Part shown: positions 25,801 through 40,800 of the stretch, one piece after another | Layout of the letters: every line of letters starts with the position of its first letter | Numbering within the stretch: position 1 is the first letter of the stretch | Notes under the pieces: model-generated | Seen by the model: the letters and a program-made list of their open reading frames with translations, nothing else | Databases searched by the model: none | What the model was told of the DNA's origin: nothing | Source: Lingula anatina | Lineage: Eukaryota > Animalia > Brachiopoda | Direction of reading: 5' to 3' | DNA: 64,000 bases | Assembly: GCA_051362555.1 (NCBI GenBank) | Contig: CM120649.1 | Coordinates: forward strand, 19,420,567-19,484,566 | Position numbers and translations under genes: made by a program

Positions 25801-28800
25801 CAACAAACGACCTCTTCAGCTGCTGTGAAAATTTCTGTGGTACATCTCCAAATGGATTCAGCTTATCCATCGTATTTGCGACGCACCCCAAGTACGACTG
25901 GTCCAACTCGTACTGCGCATTCAGCAACTGGAACATTCGTTGGAATAAGGTTGCGAAAAAGTTCTCCAGGGCGTCTAAAAGATTGATATTTCTCCCTCTG
26001 TAGTAACTGCGTAGGTCAGTGAACAAGTCATTAAATATGTGTGCGTTCTGTTGATATAACTGGCCGTATGTCCTGACAAACATGGAGTGGAAATCCTTCC
26101 TGCCATTTTCTAATAGCTCTGTGAAAAACTCTGAAATGGATAACAAGTAGAAAGTTAGACAGATCACGAAAAACTATTTTCCAAACAAAGAGGTAATATG
26201 GTAAAGGAATATCAATCCAAGAATTCTATTCCATTAATACTTGATATGGTAAGGAAGTTATAATATGGTAAACAAAGATAATTTCAAGACAATTTTTTTT
26301 CCTCATTCTCACTAAATAGGGTATGTAGAGGTTATTTATCCATAAACATTTTTCACAGAAATTAAATATTTCATCATTCCTAACATGCAACCACATTCCA
26401 ACCTCAACAGACATCACACAACACACACGCAGACTTCAATACATTTTGATGAGGACCATTTTTCTTTAAAAAAATCAAGGTTAAAAGAAGTGATCTTTTT
26501 ATCTCATCCATCTCAGTATCAGCCAGCAAAGGTATTTTAATCTGATGCAACTGGGGGAAAAAAACACTGATGAAAAACTTCACAAAAAAAAACCCAAATT
26601 AATTCAATTTGATCTCCTTTACGGACACTTATCTGCTAAAGCCTGAACCAGGTGAACTTGGCACGAACTTTACAATGGAGGCGTACATCGTTCATTTCAC
26701 AAGTCACCTGGCAACCTCCCCTCACAGCCAATCATGTCATATTTTACATTTACTCGAGTCTGGTTCCACGGAGGAATTAAAAACTGAGAGTTGGTCTTAA
26801 CATTAGAGCCAAAGCTACAAGTCTACTACAACCAATCTATTTTGGTCCACTCAAATGAATCAACATTTGTGATACAATAGAATAAAATTGGTCTTACTGT
26901 CAACTAATAGTTTATTTATTCTAATGAACTACTAAAGATTTTTCCTGAACTGAGGTAGTTCAAAATATTCCATCTTAAAGTTCAGCCCACAATTCGGTCT
27001 ATGGCTCTATTGTGGAACCTGCCACAAAGTGCATAGATTAAAGAAGGTCAGAAGAGGCAGATTCCCAAGTCTCATCACAACCTCAACTTTCGCAAAAATC
27101 TCTTTGATGTCAGCTATCTGTGATCGTTTCATTTGCAGGTGGTTTCTTCTTACAGGATCCTTCTAAACAGACTTTATTTTCTTAATTCCCACTCTTTTTA
27201 TGTGAAAGAGGTTCTGATGTTTTCTCTACCAGAGAATATCACTTCAGCTTATACTCAATGATTGGGTTTCAATTGCTTTTCTTGTGTTACAGGAGACCAT
27301 CAAGATGGCAGGGTTTTCATTGAGAGGGTCATTTTTATGGCTGCGGCCAACTCGGGCATAAAATTGGAAGAGAATGTGTTGGGTTTTGTTGTGTTTCCAG
27401 CTTTCAATATATCTCAATCTACTGGACACAAAAAATGAGAACTGGATTATGTATGCTGTCACTCAAAGTCAGCTTTAAAAATAACACACAGGTCTTCCAG
27501 TATAAAAAACCAGTTTACACCAGTAAAAATAAGACTTGAATATGGAAAATAAGGCAGTAGATATTTTGCTAATGTTTATTTACCAAACCACTACAGTCTC
27601 TTTAAAATCTTCTAAAGCTGTTTCTTTTCGCACAACTACATGCATCTCATTTTATCTGTCTTCCTCATCAAAAACAAAAACATTTTACAGAGTTTAATTA
27701 TTTTCTCGAAGTGCTCATTTCTACCAGCCACCACTTGGACATGGAAGTACAGGTAAGAGCAGGCAGCCAAAGTAATAGAAATATCTTCACACAAACACAT
27801 AACATTGCCCGAAGACTGCTGTAACTTTCATAACACACGCCGTCAGTGATACCAAACACATTCCACAAGTGTCATACTTGCAAGTTAATTTGAATGTATG
27901 TATATGATATGTATCCTGATGTTTTGAACACAAGGATACATATCATATATACATACAAGGGGGTCAATTAATAATCTCTGTATGTCAATGTGTTAGAAAA
28001 TGTGAGTCATTTTTCATTGGTGCTGATGATTGTTTTTGTATGGAAAACGCTGAACATCAAATTAATTTTTTTAATGTGAATGCCTCCAAAATCTTCAGTA
28101 TGAGCAGGCAAATTGCGCGTACCCCAGTGTATGTTTGTATGTGAATCCAATGGCATTAAATACAGTCTTCCTTCTTAAAAGGAATAACTTCAATGCATTA
28201 CCGCAGAAAAGACTTTCAATAATTGCTATTCTATGATTTCTTTCCAAACTATTAAAGAATGGTTCCAAGTACATGAGTCTAGCCTCATAACATCTCTACG
28301 TATATCTAGACACAACAAAGTTATTCTGGATATTCTGGGGGCACTGGCAGGTGCTACAAGGAGGTCAGAGAAGGCAACTGTTTGACATATCATTGCTGCC
28401 TAGGAGGTCACCCTCAAATCACTTCATAACTGCTCATATATACTTGGTTTACCTTGCTTTACTCTCTTCAGAACCATTCGGCTTTTTGGTTTTTTCTTCT
28501 TTTTTTTTTCATTTTCAAAAAGAACAACTATCTTTCCACACTCCCCTACCCCATACCAAACTCCCAAACTAAACTGTATGGTCATATTTAAGTTGAAATC
28601 GCCAGCGCATTTAGATACCTCCACTTATGACCTTTATCATATAAACAGGTGAATTACAATATGGCAAAGATTCCAGAACATATGAATTATGACGCAACAT
28701 GACAAACTGACTGCCATAATTGATTATCTCAGTTAAAGGGAAAGCCTAAGCCACTAACAACTACAACCAATGAAATCAAGGTTCCTAAATGTACTATAAG

Positions 28801-31800
28801 CAAACTGACAAGTTTGTAATTCCCAGTTTTATGTCTTTATCATATTTAAACTCTATTATCACCTATTTATATGTCCAATTCTAAACTGCCAGGGCCAATC
28901 AACCTCTTCAGAAGTAATAGACAACCAGGTGAACTAAATAAGCCATGATTTATGTGCAGCTTGATCAGCTGTCCGCAGAGAATGCCTAATGAAGGGGGAA
29001 ATCTACGAGAAATCTACACTTGAGGATTAACGTCCATTTCGGGACTAACAAAACTAGTACAACATTTCCCCGGGTATAAAATTACGTTCAGTGAATTTAC
29101 ACACAAATTACCAGAGCTCGGAGGGATCTCTTGACTGCAGGGAACTAAGACTTGGTGGAACATTTTTGAATATTGTCAAAAAAATCAATCAGGCCAATAT
29201 ACACTTTCATAATCAAAATTTTGAGATTTGTTTAATCCAGAATGCATCTCTTAACATGTTATTTAGATTTTTTAAAAATCAAATCTCAGAGTGATAAAAT
29301 TCTTGAATAAAACCCTTACTCCATATCATAGACGTTAAGACTATGTACCTGTACATAATGTGCTACTATCATAACAGTCAACTTAGACTATCCATCATTC
29401 ATTTACTGAATGAAGTACACTTCAATCCACTGCATTTTACACAAACAATGCATGCTAACAGTGCAATAAACTGATGCATTTCCTCGTAGTTCACATCTAA
29501 TGACAATAGAACTGTTATCATTCGTTTCTAATTGCATTCTTTACGCCAGGTGATCAATCTCCTGAAAATAAGATCCCAAAGAGTTTTATTAATGGGCAAA
29601 CAGGTGCCAGGCATTTTTCTCTGATTACACACACCAATTAACCTGCCTCTGACCTCATTTAACAGCGCTTACACGCCATTCAATGGGATATTCTTACGTA
29701 TTAAGGAACTATTTTATGGAGTAGGAGTATCTCTCATCTATGGCTTATCGCATGTTGAGGATGGTAATTAACCCCAATTTGCCTTTTAATTGGCACAATT
29801 TTCATCTCTTGGTGATAAATCTTAGAAGGAGAGTTTACAATAGAGTAGTGTACAAGTTGATGGGGGTGGCCGAGTACAAGGTTTGAGACCGAGAGAGTTT
29901 GTTGAAAGGGGTGATGAGGGGGGGCTGGTATGGTTTCCTAGACAGAATGAGATGCATAACACATAATTACACACACACCCATACATATATGTAAATATAC
30001 TAACACACACATATCATATGCACACGCATACATACATACATACATACATACATACATACATAGGAACATGCATAAACGAATGCACACATGAACACAAATA
30101 AATCCACTGTATGTAGGTTTACAAGAATACATGTCTGTGCAGCAGAACAGGGGCGGATTTAGGCCGTCTTCTGGGTCAGATTTTCAAGTTTACATTGACA
30201 TGTATTGTATGTTTTCTGTCGGAAGACAGTCAAATGGTGGATGGATGAACAAAGATAATTTGGAAGACTGTCAGAAAATATATCCAGATCCGCCCCTGCA
30301 GAAGTACCATGTGCTATGCCCCACAAGAACTTACTCAGAGTACACAGAGAATATGAACTCAGTCCACTCCTCCCTCACACCTCCAGCTATTACAACCCTC
30401 ATCAGTCAAGTGTCAGAAACCTGAGCCCAGTCCTCATTGTTTTACTATGACCTCAAACAGTGAGGTCAATCAAGGTCAGAATAAGGTCAACCAAGGTTAC
30501 GCTGGGGTCAGTCAAGGTCACCATCCTGTAGCCTCCAGTGAAATGTGTTCAACATTTACAATACAAACAAGTTTGGAAAGAGGGGTTCAGTTTAAACAGT
30601 GTAGTGAAAAAAACTACCACAAGCTTGGGTTTGATTTAAAAAGGGGAGGGGAGTGTTACCACATTAAATTAAGGCACAAGCTGAGTGTTACCAATTTCTA
30701 AATAACCTGAAATTGAATTTTAAATACAATTTGATCAAGGGCAGATGGCACTCCACATGCTGACTGTGTTACAGTACTTATTCTATCAAAAGGAAGTCTA
30801 GACTGGAAAAATCCTGGCAGAGAAAGGTGGTGGATGGAGTCCAGATTGTCAAAGATTTCTTTGGTAGCTGTTTAAATACTGTGTTGACTTAAAACAAATC
30901 TTTATTAAATGAAAGGCATGAACACAGATTGCAAATGAAACTTTTTACAGGAAAGAGAGTGGACTGAAAAGGACTGAAAAAAAACCTTTTTTTGTTTTGA
31001 AAATTTCATACCTTCAACAACTACCTTATTTCTCTTTAGCAACTAAACAGGAGAAAATTCTCTAAGAGGGATATGAAAGAGCCACACTGTGCGACTGCCC
31101 AACAATGAAGTTCCACGCAAGGCATCCAATCATCATCAAAAGGGGAAAGAAGAGGGGGTAGGGAAGAAATGAATAAAATTCACTACTTGCAGTCTAACAC
31201 AACACTAATGGTGCCACATTCTTCCCCATATACATAACCTTGTACAAACAGCACTGAAGTCTTCAACAGGATTTCACAATATTACTGCCAATTTACAGCA
31301 TCAGCGTCATGACATGCTGCCAGCGAGATAGAGCAAACCTTTGTCATTAATTGTGCTATTGTACCCAATTAAATCCAGATTTGTGGACCAGATTGCCTGG
31401 AGGAAATGCAGCTTTCTATCTGCTAAGCGGCTTATTCGACACAATAAGTCAAAATTACATTTCTTGCATCAACTTGTGGTCACCTCTCTGACAGTAATGA
31501 GCTATGAGCTGGAGAGATAGGAATACAGCGTCAAGGACAGAGAATGAATAGTTGTATCTGATGATGGAAATGCACTGCTATACCTTCAAGAGGTAAAAAT
31601 GTTCTTTGCTACCATGAACCCCTGGTTGGTTAACTCACTGCTTCACTTTTTCCACTTTGGCTAGGGAAAACATTTTTTTTTTTTTTGCTACATCATTTTT
31701 TTTTTTCAATTTCCAAAAACTGACTTTAGAAAACCACCCTGCTCTAGAACTAAAAGAAATTTTATCTCTGCGTCCTCTAACCTATCTTACCACAGCAATA

Positions 31801-34800
31801 TACACAGAAACATAAATAAAACCTCAGTTAGTTAATGGGGAAGATTTACGTCAGACGTTTCCAACATCCCAGGTAGATGATGATATTTTGGTGGTTCTCC
31901 TTGACACTAATGGCCTCTACACAGTGGCGGAGATAACCTGCCGATAACAGTCTGGCTTCTGTGTAGCTGAAGATACTAGACAAAATACCATTGTTATTTA
32001 TTACTTCTTTTCTGGTTTGTTTCTCTCAGTAAATAACTACACGCTTGATGCAAGAGGAGGGAATCATTTAATAACTAAATGCTGTTCACGAGGGTTAACA
32101 ACATGCTATTCATTACTGTTGTCTGTACAAGTTTCTATCTAGCCTGAGGGTCTGCTCTAACATCTATAATACAACTGAAGACTTCAACCTTGCTACACAT
32201 CACTGTACACTAAATATTCCATTCTAGAAATATACAATCTTACTTGATCAGCAATAACTTATTTGTTCACTCTTTCCTTCAAATAAAACACTACAATGTT
32301 GATAAGTTCCCAGATATTGATTCCACACTCAGAATGCAGCAGTACCAGAGAAAGACCTCGGCCAAATTGAATTATTTAATCAATAGACCGTCAAGAATCT
32401 TTGTAGGACTCACAGACGTAAAACTCTCTCCCGGGGAGGGATTTTCAGCTACGATCATAGCACTAAGATGAGACCTTCAATAATTGGTAAATGGCATCAT
32501 TTCTGATCAATTTGGACGTTACTTTATCTTGGAAGGGATTTCTTTCAGAAAATCTATCCTAAGACCCTACACGGCAATATAAAATTTCATTTCATTTATG
32601 GTCGTGGATTAAAGAAAACATGACAACTTAAAGAGTGATAGTGCATGCCCAGTTCTCATTTAATTCTGCATACCACATAACAGCAAGTCATTTAGATGGA
32701 GTCATATTTGTACATCAAAGTATGACGGTTGGTCTGAATAAAGCATTAACATTCTCCAAGACATGTTTATTACAAAGAGAGAGTAACCGCCATGATGTTT
32801 AGTTACGACGAGATGAAAACCGAGCATGACCAGAATCAATAGAATGTGAACGAAGTTAAGATCCAAACATATCTCATCTTATCGCTATCCAGATGAAATG
32901 CCCACATTGAGATAGAACGTAGACAGCTTTTAAGATGGAGACAGAAATCTTTGCTAACTATCGAGGGAATTCATTCTTGAATCATATTCTAGTGGGTGTA
33001 TCAGACTGAGAAATTGCTGGATGAAATAATACAGATTTGAAACGAGACAGATTTTTCCACTGGGAAATTGTTTTCTCAGTCTTCATGCTGATAAAGCAAA
33101 TGACAGCATTGAAATATCATAAACACTGGTGACATAATGTGATATCAGAGAGACACATGCTTTTCATATTTCAGATCATCATCACCATGTCCAATTTTTG
33201 ATCTTTTTTTTTTCGTGCAGCAACATCTGAATGAACAGATGAAACTAATTTCAGATCTTGATAATAGAACCATTGTACCTGAACTTGTGTCTGGGGATTT
33301 GAAAAGTTTCATGACAGGCAAGATGACAACCATCAAACTACAAAAACATATATCAGTTGCACTTCAGATCATGAATGATTTCATTCTAAACGTTCAATCA
33401 TTTCAGCTCAACAACAACACAGTGGTTGTCAATACAAAAATTGTTCCCAACAGAGAGGTGCTCTTACAATGGAACTGAAAAACACGTTATGGATAAAATC
33501 CTTCATAGAACATCTTTTATATTTTGAAATAACCTTACAAAAATATTGAAACAAAAGCTTTGACAGAAATGACAGAAACAAGATGTCAAGTCATTATATC
33601 TGCTTGTGTAGTCGTAAAATCCAATTCCAAAAGTGAAAAAAATCCTAACAGATAACAAAAGGGGGTGAAAATTAGGTTGTTACCAATAGGTGAAAGATAT
33701 TTTGAAAACTGAAGCGCCCATTCACAGGTTACACAGAAGGTGTTGCATCGTAAAAATTAGTTCTTATATCAAGTTACTCTCCTTGTGAGAAATTAAAATT
33801 TGGCACCTAGCTCGGCCAAAAACATCGCCTTGGATATCAATACACGTAACAGCTGGTTACAACAGGCAGGCAATGCACTGGTTACTTCTTCCCTTGTCAA
33901 CCATCACAAATAGACTATGAAATTGTCAACAGTAAGTTTTCCACAATACCAAACCAGTTCACAAAGAAACCTCTAAATACAAAATCAACAGAGGCTTGTC
34001 TGGGGGCAGTGATTTCTGAAATAAGGGGCGTCAAACTTGAATAAAGGGGCACGCGTGAGTCATAAATTAAGGGGTTCAATGATTGGAGTGAATTGTGGGA
34101 CATTGTCAGCCATTGATCCAGCACTGCGCTTGTGCTACATTGGGTATTGAGAGGCGCTGACCTCGACGATGATGGAAGAAAGACCGGTTAAAACCGGTGT
34201 TATGTGTTGGACACAATGACTGAAACAACGCACATTCAAGTGTTTTGTGCACCTTTTTACTTCAGCTGTCTTTGCTGGGCTTATTTTCTCACCTGAGAAG
34301 CAGTTCACGGTGGTACAAAAACTGGATGAAATTCCATGACGCCATTTTTTTTATCCCCTGAAGACATTACCAACTCTGTGCACTTGAGGATTTTGCAGTG
34401 TGTTCCGAATTGTAACAGAAAATATTGCTTCGATTTTTGTCTATGACCAACCCTCTATACCATGAAATAAATAAAATATCTATTGAAAATAAACATCTTT
34501 AAATCTCTTTCATGAAAGCCACGCTTTTTTGAGACATCTACAATCAGAGTGACAGACTACAATCAGAAAGGTGCGAATACTTTTATGCCTGCTTAAGCCA
34601 TGGCACCACTGGGATAAAATATCAATTTTTTTTATTCCGCACCAGCTGTCAGTGGTAAATAAAGAGATTGTGATCTAAAAATCTAAAAGGTGGTGAGTGT
34701 TCCGTATCTGTTTGCATAATATGGTTACCTTCAATGCAATTCCTCAGTTTTCCTGTCGTGAATTGACACAACTGTGGCTCAGACAATAGAACTCAGCAAG

Positions 34801-37800
34801 GTGATAGGACTATACGTTTCTGTGCTCATGAATAGCACTGGAAAGTTTTCAGCCACACACACTAAAAAACTTTTAAATTTGGGCAAAGAAAAAATCAATT
34901 TGTCTTACCAAATCACCCCACCCCTACCCCCAAATACCTGAACACCCACCTCCACCCTCCCCCTCCTATCACCCCCCCACCCCCCAGGTCCTATTCCCAA
35001 CACCCCACCATCCCTTCTGCTCTGTTGCTCTGTAACTATCAGTTACATCCCTGTAACACTGTAACATATATATGGGGTGGAATGACAACTGCCACAGTGA
35101 TGTCACCTTAATGCTTTTTCAATGTCACACTAATGTCACATAAATGTCACACAGACAGATATCCAAACACATCACAATGCCTAATGTCTCTCCAATGCCA
35201 TGGTGATGTCTCTCCAATGTCACAGACAGGCTCCTGAAATTTGGTTAAGATGACACAATGTCATCAAGACGAAGGAGCAGCTGAATTTTCTAAGATGAAA
35301 AGTTAGGGCTAGATGGAAGATATGCTGTTATGTCACAAGGATGAAGAGATGGAGGACGATGTCAACTTCCATACACATACCTCCCCTCCCAAGAATGGAA
35401 AAACCTGTTACCATATTTCGATACCCACCCACTAGTTTACTGTAAAACGTTTCATTTTTCAGCTGTAAAACTCATCAGTCAAAGGACAACTTAACAGTAC
35501 AACACAGCCACTGTGTGATAATTTGACCATTTTGTGTCAGCCTCACTTCAAGCAATATTCTTTCATAAAAAATGTCTTATTCTGAGTTTCCTGTCATTTA
35601 ATTTCATTATGTCACGTAAAACTTAAAAAGGTCCCTCTAGTTCCCGCTTTTATTCATTTGTCATAGTTTTCAATATAAAAGTGACCCTTTCCCTGTCTTA
35701 TCACAGGGAGGCCATCTTTGCCTGAGGTCTTCCACTGTACACCTGTCTGCTGGCAGTGGTCATTTTTCACCTGTGTCCCATTGACCAGGTACTTTACCTG
35801 TTCACTGGACATGAAATGACCACTACTGTTGAAGATTTACTGTCTTTAACCGTTTGAAAAGTTGAATCACTTAAGATGTTGTTAAAGACCCTGAAGGTGT
35901 ATGACTGAGGAGAAATGGATTCATCTGACCAAGCAGCAGACTTTAACATGATTTTAAGTGCTTTTTAATCTTGCCAAAAAAAAAAAGCAGACCATCATTT
36001 TCAATAAAGTCTGATGCAGTGAACAGTTAAAACGCCATTTAGTGAGAAGTAAACATGACCCCCAGTTACAACCTTTCTCACATTCTTATAACTTTTCAAA
36101 TTCCAATCTTTTTTTTTTCTTAAATGCCACCGACTTGGTGTCAGTTTCTTTTCTAATTGCACTTTAATAGAGCTTATGATTTTACACCTGTAGTACCCAG
36201 GTTTATTTGTCTACTGTCTCATGAGAATCTTCATTCAGTAACTTCGTGCAAATAGTGAATCATTTTGTTATTAAGGAGAGAAAAAACTATTGTGTGTGTG
36301 TGTTGACTCAATTAAAATTTTTGTGGTTCTCCTTTTTTTATTGGAAAAGACATTTATTTGTGTTGCAATACAAGGAAATTATGTTCTTTATTTCATTGGT
36401 ACATATGGGATCAGTTGCTTCCAAAATTTCAACCGTCTTCTTCCTGACCAACCTCTTCCCATTACCATGTCCACTTTGACAGCTTGTCCCAGACGGACAC
36501 TTTGGTGAAATTCTTTTCCAGACTTTAACAGAGGGTCAAAAAATTTAGGGCAATACTCAAGATCTGACAGGCCGTTTAGTTGTTGGGCAATCACAGGGGG
36601 ACCAATTACTGACAGTCCTTGAAATCTTCACATTTTCATTCAGATTTATATTCTTCAGATTTTTAAAACAGTCTACAGATATGTAAAACAGTCTATTCTG
36701 AATTTAGTAAAAAACAAAATAATGGGAAAAAGAGTCAAAAATATTCCATCAAATTTTTATATTATTATAAGATTTAATCTAGCCAGCTAACCAAGTATAC
36801 CAGATGCTTGATGCAACACCAACTGTCTGTACATCCAGATTACTTCAAACCAGACACAGTTCCTACCAATTACTTCCAAAGAGGCAGATACACCTTGAAA
36901 AAGATGCAAAACGCCCACTTTTCCTTAGAGGCTACAACGTGATGAGGCTTTTGACCTTTGCTGAGGATTCACCAGGCGATCAGAGCCAGCTCAGCTTTCT
37001 TTTGCTCACTGCGGCAGAGTAGACAAAATCTGGACCAATTTGTTCCTCATCCATGATTTCTGTCTTATTTGCTTTGGTAAGGGGTGAATAACTTTCTAAG
37101 TTAGCAAATACGATAGTAATTTTCTTGCCTATTCATGTAGAAATACTGAAAAACAATCAGGCTTGTCCAGAATTCTGCTGAGCATAAATGGGTCTCAAGG
37201 GATGTTTGTGAGGATCTTATGTCTTTAAGAAGATTTTGTATCTGATACTTTGAGCAGTATTTCAAGGAAACCACACCTCAATGTCAAAGAACAAACATGT
37301 TTTTCCACTTGTACAATGACTGTTTTCACCACCAAGTTGTACTCATTATAAATTTCAACTTCCTAGCAAACATTACATTTTATATTTTTTAAATATTTTA
37401 TGAATCAATCTTTTATTCAAAAGGCCATTTCCTCAATAAGGAAAGCATTCAAACAGCCTCACTTGCTCTCATACCAAAACAGAATGTGGGTACATCGGAT
37501 GCAGACATCTATTTTACGGGAAACCCTTAAGGATCTGGCAATATGTAAGGGTGTGTGTCATAAGCCTGGGTTCAAACACACACACACATATGCACTCACA
37601 CACATGCATTCTCACATTAAACATTTTGGCCAAAGTGCACGTTAACACACATGTGCACGCGAGCGTGGACATATGAACGCAGACATACACATGCATCAAC
37701 TTACCATCAAACTTAGCAGTTTTGGTAATAAATATATGTCTAATAGAAGTGGTGGAATCTGCCAGCAGACTGTCGTAATCGTCTCTACTGTGGTTATACA

Positions 37801-40800
37801 ACTTGGTCTCCACCTCACGCGTACAACACGTCAACCCGCTGTCGCCATGGTGACACACCTGCAGGTGCTCTCCTGGAAATAGAGGAAGAAACTGGGTTGA
37901 AATCAAAAATATTACGTGGACATGTACTGACAGCCCCCAAGGCAGAGACAGAGCCAGAATGGCCTGTACAGCATCAAAGATACTTTTATCTCTGACCTTG
38001 ATCGCCTACACTCTGGTTGGAGTTGTGAATCAATATGACCTGGTATCTCACCTGAAGGGACATTTTGTATACACCTTTGCCAGTATGATGTGCATATCAA
38101 TTTAACATACAGTAATAGTTTATTCTACATGTGATATAAGTTTATTCAGTAAAGTTGCAAGCCTAATGTTGAAGTTCTACAACAAGTATGACTTAACTCT
38201 TTCAAAATTTCAGTATTACTTACAGACGTGCAAACCTTTTCTTTTCAAATACCCCCCCCCCTCCCCCCATAAAAAAAGCAATCTGTTTTGCCACAGACCC
38301 TTTTAGTGGTTCACAATATTCAAATCATCATCCACAGCTTTGATATTTGCCATAAAACCACTTAATGAGACTATAAAGGTGTCGGGGCGGGTTAGATGTC
38401 AGCCTCAATCAGGTTAATCAATCTTAACTCCCCTCTTTGCAAGATTCCTGCACATGTATTACTCTTCAGAATGAACTGCCCAGTTTGCAAACACAACCAA
38501 TGTGAAGTTAATTGCTACTTATGGTAGTTGACAACCAGTGGTTATAAATCAGCCATGACGGATTGCAATCGACTTCCCTGTTACAGCCATTGACTGTGAA
38601 CCTAGCACAGTGAGAAATATCTGGGAAGTACAGCTGCATTCTGGGCAATTCTAGGTCGGTTCAAAAGTTCTGACCTGTGAGAACACACCCATCACCCCCC
38701 TCTCCCCTGCTAAGCCAGAAAACTGCTACTGAATTCATAACAGGGCACTAATTGATGTGTGTGTCAAGTCAAAGTGTCTACACACCCAACCAGACTAACT
38801 CCTCCTCACGAGAACTGCCTTGTACCCCAGGAGCTGACAGGTGATTTGTTTTCAAAACTGTGATTATTTTTTAAATCTAAACCTCTGGATGATTGCATTT
38901 AAATTGTTTTAAAATGTGTGACCTAGAAGAGTTAAGATTGAACCAAAGATCAATTTGCCACTCATTTTAGACATTTGTTGGGAAAATACATGCATTTTAA
39001 TTTTGTTTTGTATTCCCTGACCACCAGATAAACATCCCACCTGATGATTCTTTACCCTATCATTACCAGAGACACGCCAGAGGGGCATCGAGGCAGAAAA
39101 TAAAACAAGACCTGCCCAAAGACGTCCATGTTGACCAATTATATTATATACCCAGAAACCTTTAAATTCCTTAGGAGCACATTGGAATAATTTTGGTTTC
39201 AGAAGGGTAACTATCTCAAAGGTTTTGGGGACAAATAAATATTCATAAATTTGCAAAAACAAAATGAAATATCTCTCAAATTCCTTCAGCCAAAATATAT
39301 CATTTACAGCTACAATTATTTATTCTTCCCTAGTGTAAATATTTCTTCAGCCAAATTAAATTATCTCTCACACCTGGTATTTTTTTACCAAGCTGCCTTG
39401 ATCACAGATTCTTCCATTACAGGCCTATTATTTTTAAACACAGAAAAACACCACCATTAACTTCAATTTCAGCTTGTATGCGGCAAATGAGACAGAGATA
39501 TGAACTCGCTGGCATAGCCCCCGACACAGGCTCCAACAAGAGTGCAGAGAAATATGCTGGTAACTTAACTTCATCTATGAAGACTCTTTAATAATTTGGA
39601 CAAAAACATAAATGGCTTTTTAAGCAAATAAAAATATTAAAAACAATTTTCACAATATTCCATCACCTGAAGACATATTTGTATTCAATTAATCTTTGTC
39701 TCATACAAAATAAAAATCCCCAACTCATCATAGGCTATTATTGACCATCTGATACGAAACCGAAAGAAGTATTGACTGTATAATCTCAGCCAGCAAAGAC
39801 ATCATTCACTGAGCGGCTCACCTACACTAACTGTGCTAATGTACTGTTTAATTATTCCTTAGTGTGAATGCCAGGACATTATGGACGACATTAGGACACC
39901 GAGATGTCAACTAAAGTGACGGATCACCTCTCACAGTCCACTGACACGTGTTGTGGTATTGGAATACTTGATATGAAGAGCAGGGATTTCTTTGGGAGAG
40001 TTACTTTTCTTGTTACTGCCACATATTTTCTACTAATTTACTGCTGTCAGTAGCACATGGAATTTGTGTGAAATAATTGACTATGTAAAAGGCCGTCCTT
40101 TTTGTCTGATTACAGGTTTGTTGTTCTTCTTGATTTTCCTTTCCTAAGATTCCAAATGTTGTGTTAAAACCTATCATAAGGCTTTTAATTTTGACAGCCT
40201 TTTTTTTAGCCAAAACTTTTTTTACTTTAGCTATATTCAGAATACTTCATCCCTGCCAAACTTCTATTTTCAAAACTGGCTGAATATATCTATAAAATCT
40301 CTAAAAAAAAAACTTCTCTGTTATCCTCAGTTCACATCACTCGGCTGAACCCACAATTTACAGAAAACCCAGCAGGGCCAGGACAAATATAGCCCCAGTT
40401 TCCGCCAAGTTCTCTTATCGAGCGAGCGCGCTTTGTCAAGTCTGATTCTTCAAAGATAGCAGAAAAATTTGACCTCGGAGCTGCATGGATACTTTAACTT
40501 AGGGGGAAACTCCCACTTATAATTTGAAGCTAGTTATGAGATGTTTGAAGACATTGTTCTCTGTTTTATATCCCATATTTTTGGTCCTTCCTGCTTGCTC
40601 AGTGACATTTTTATTCATAAATTTGTCTTCTTCTGAGACCTATTATTGAAATTTACAAAGCTGGGTTTATTGATAAGAGTCATTGCCCTGTTTCAGAAAC
40701 CTTTCTTGCTTTCAAAAGTAGCGTTTGAAAACATAATTTAAGTCTCATTTGTACATCATTTGGGGCCTCTTTATTCCTTTTCATAAAGTTTCAAGGCAAA

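Noticed and set aside
29455-29480. TATTGCAC on the minus strand as miR-92 (vertebrate miR-17-92 lies near GPC5)
   Set aside because: Only the seed matches. The rest does not resemble miR-92 and no hairpin partner is evident.
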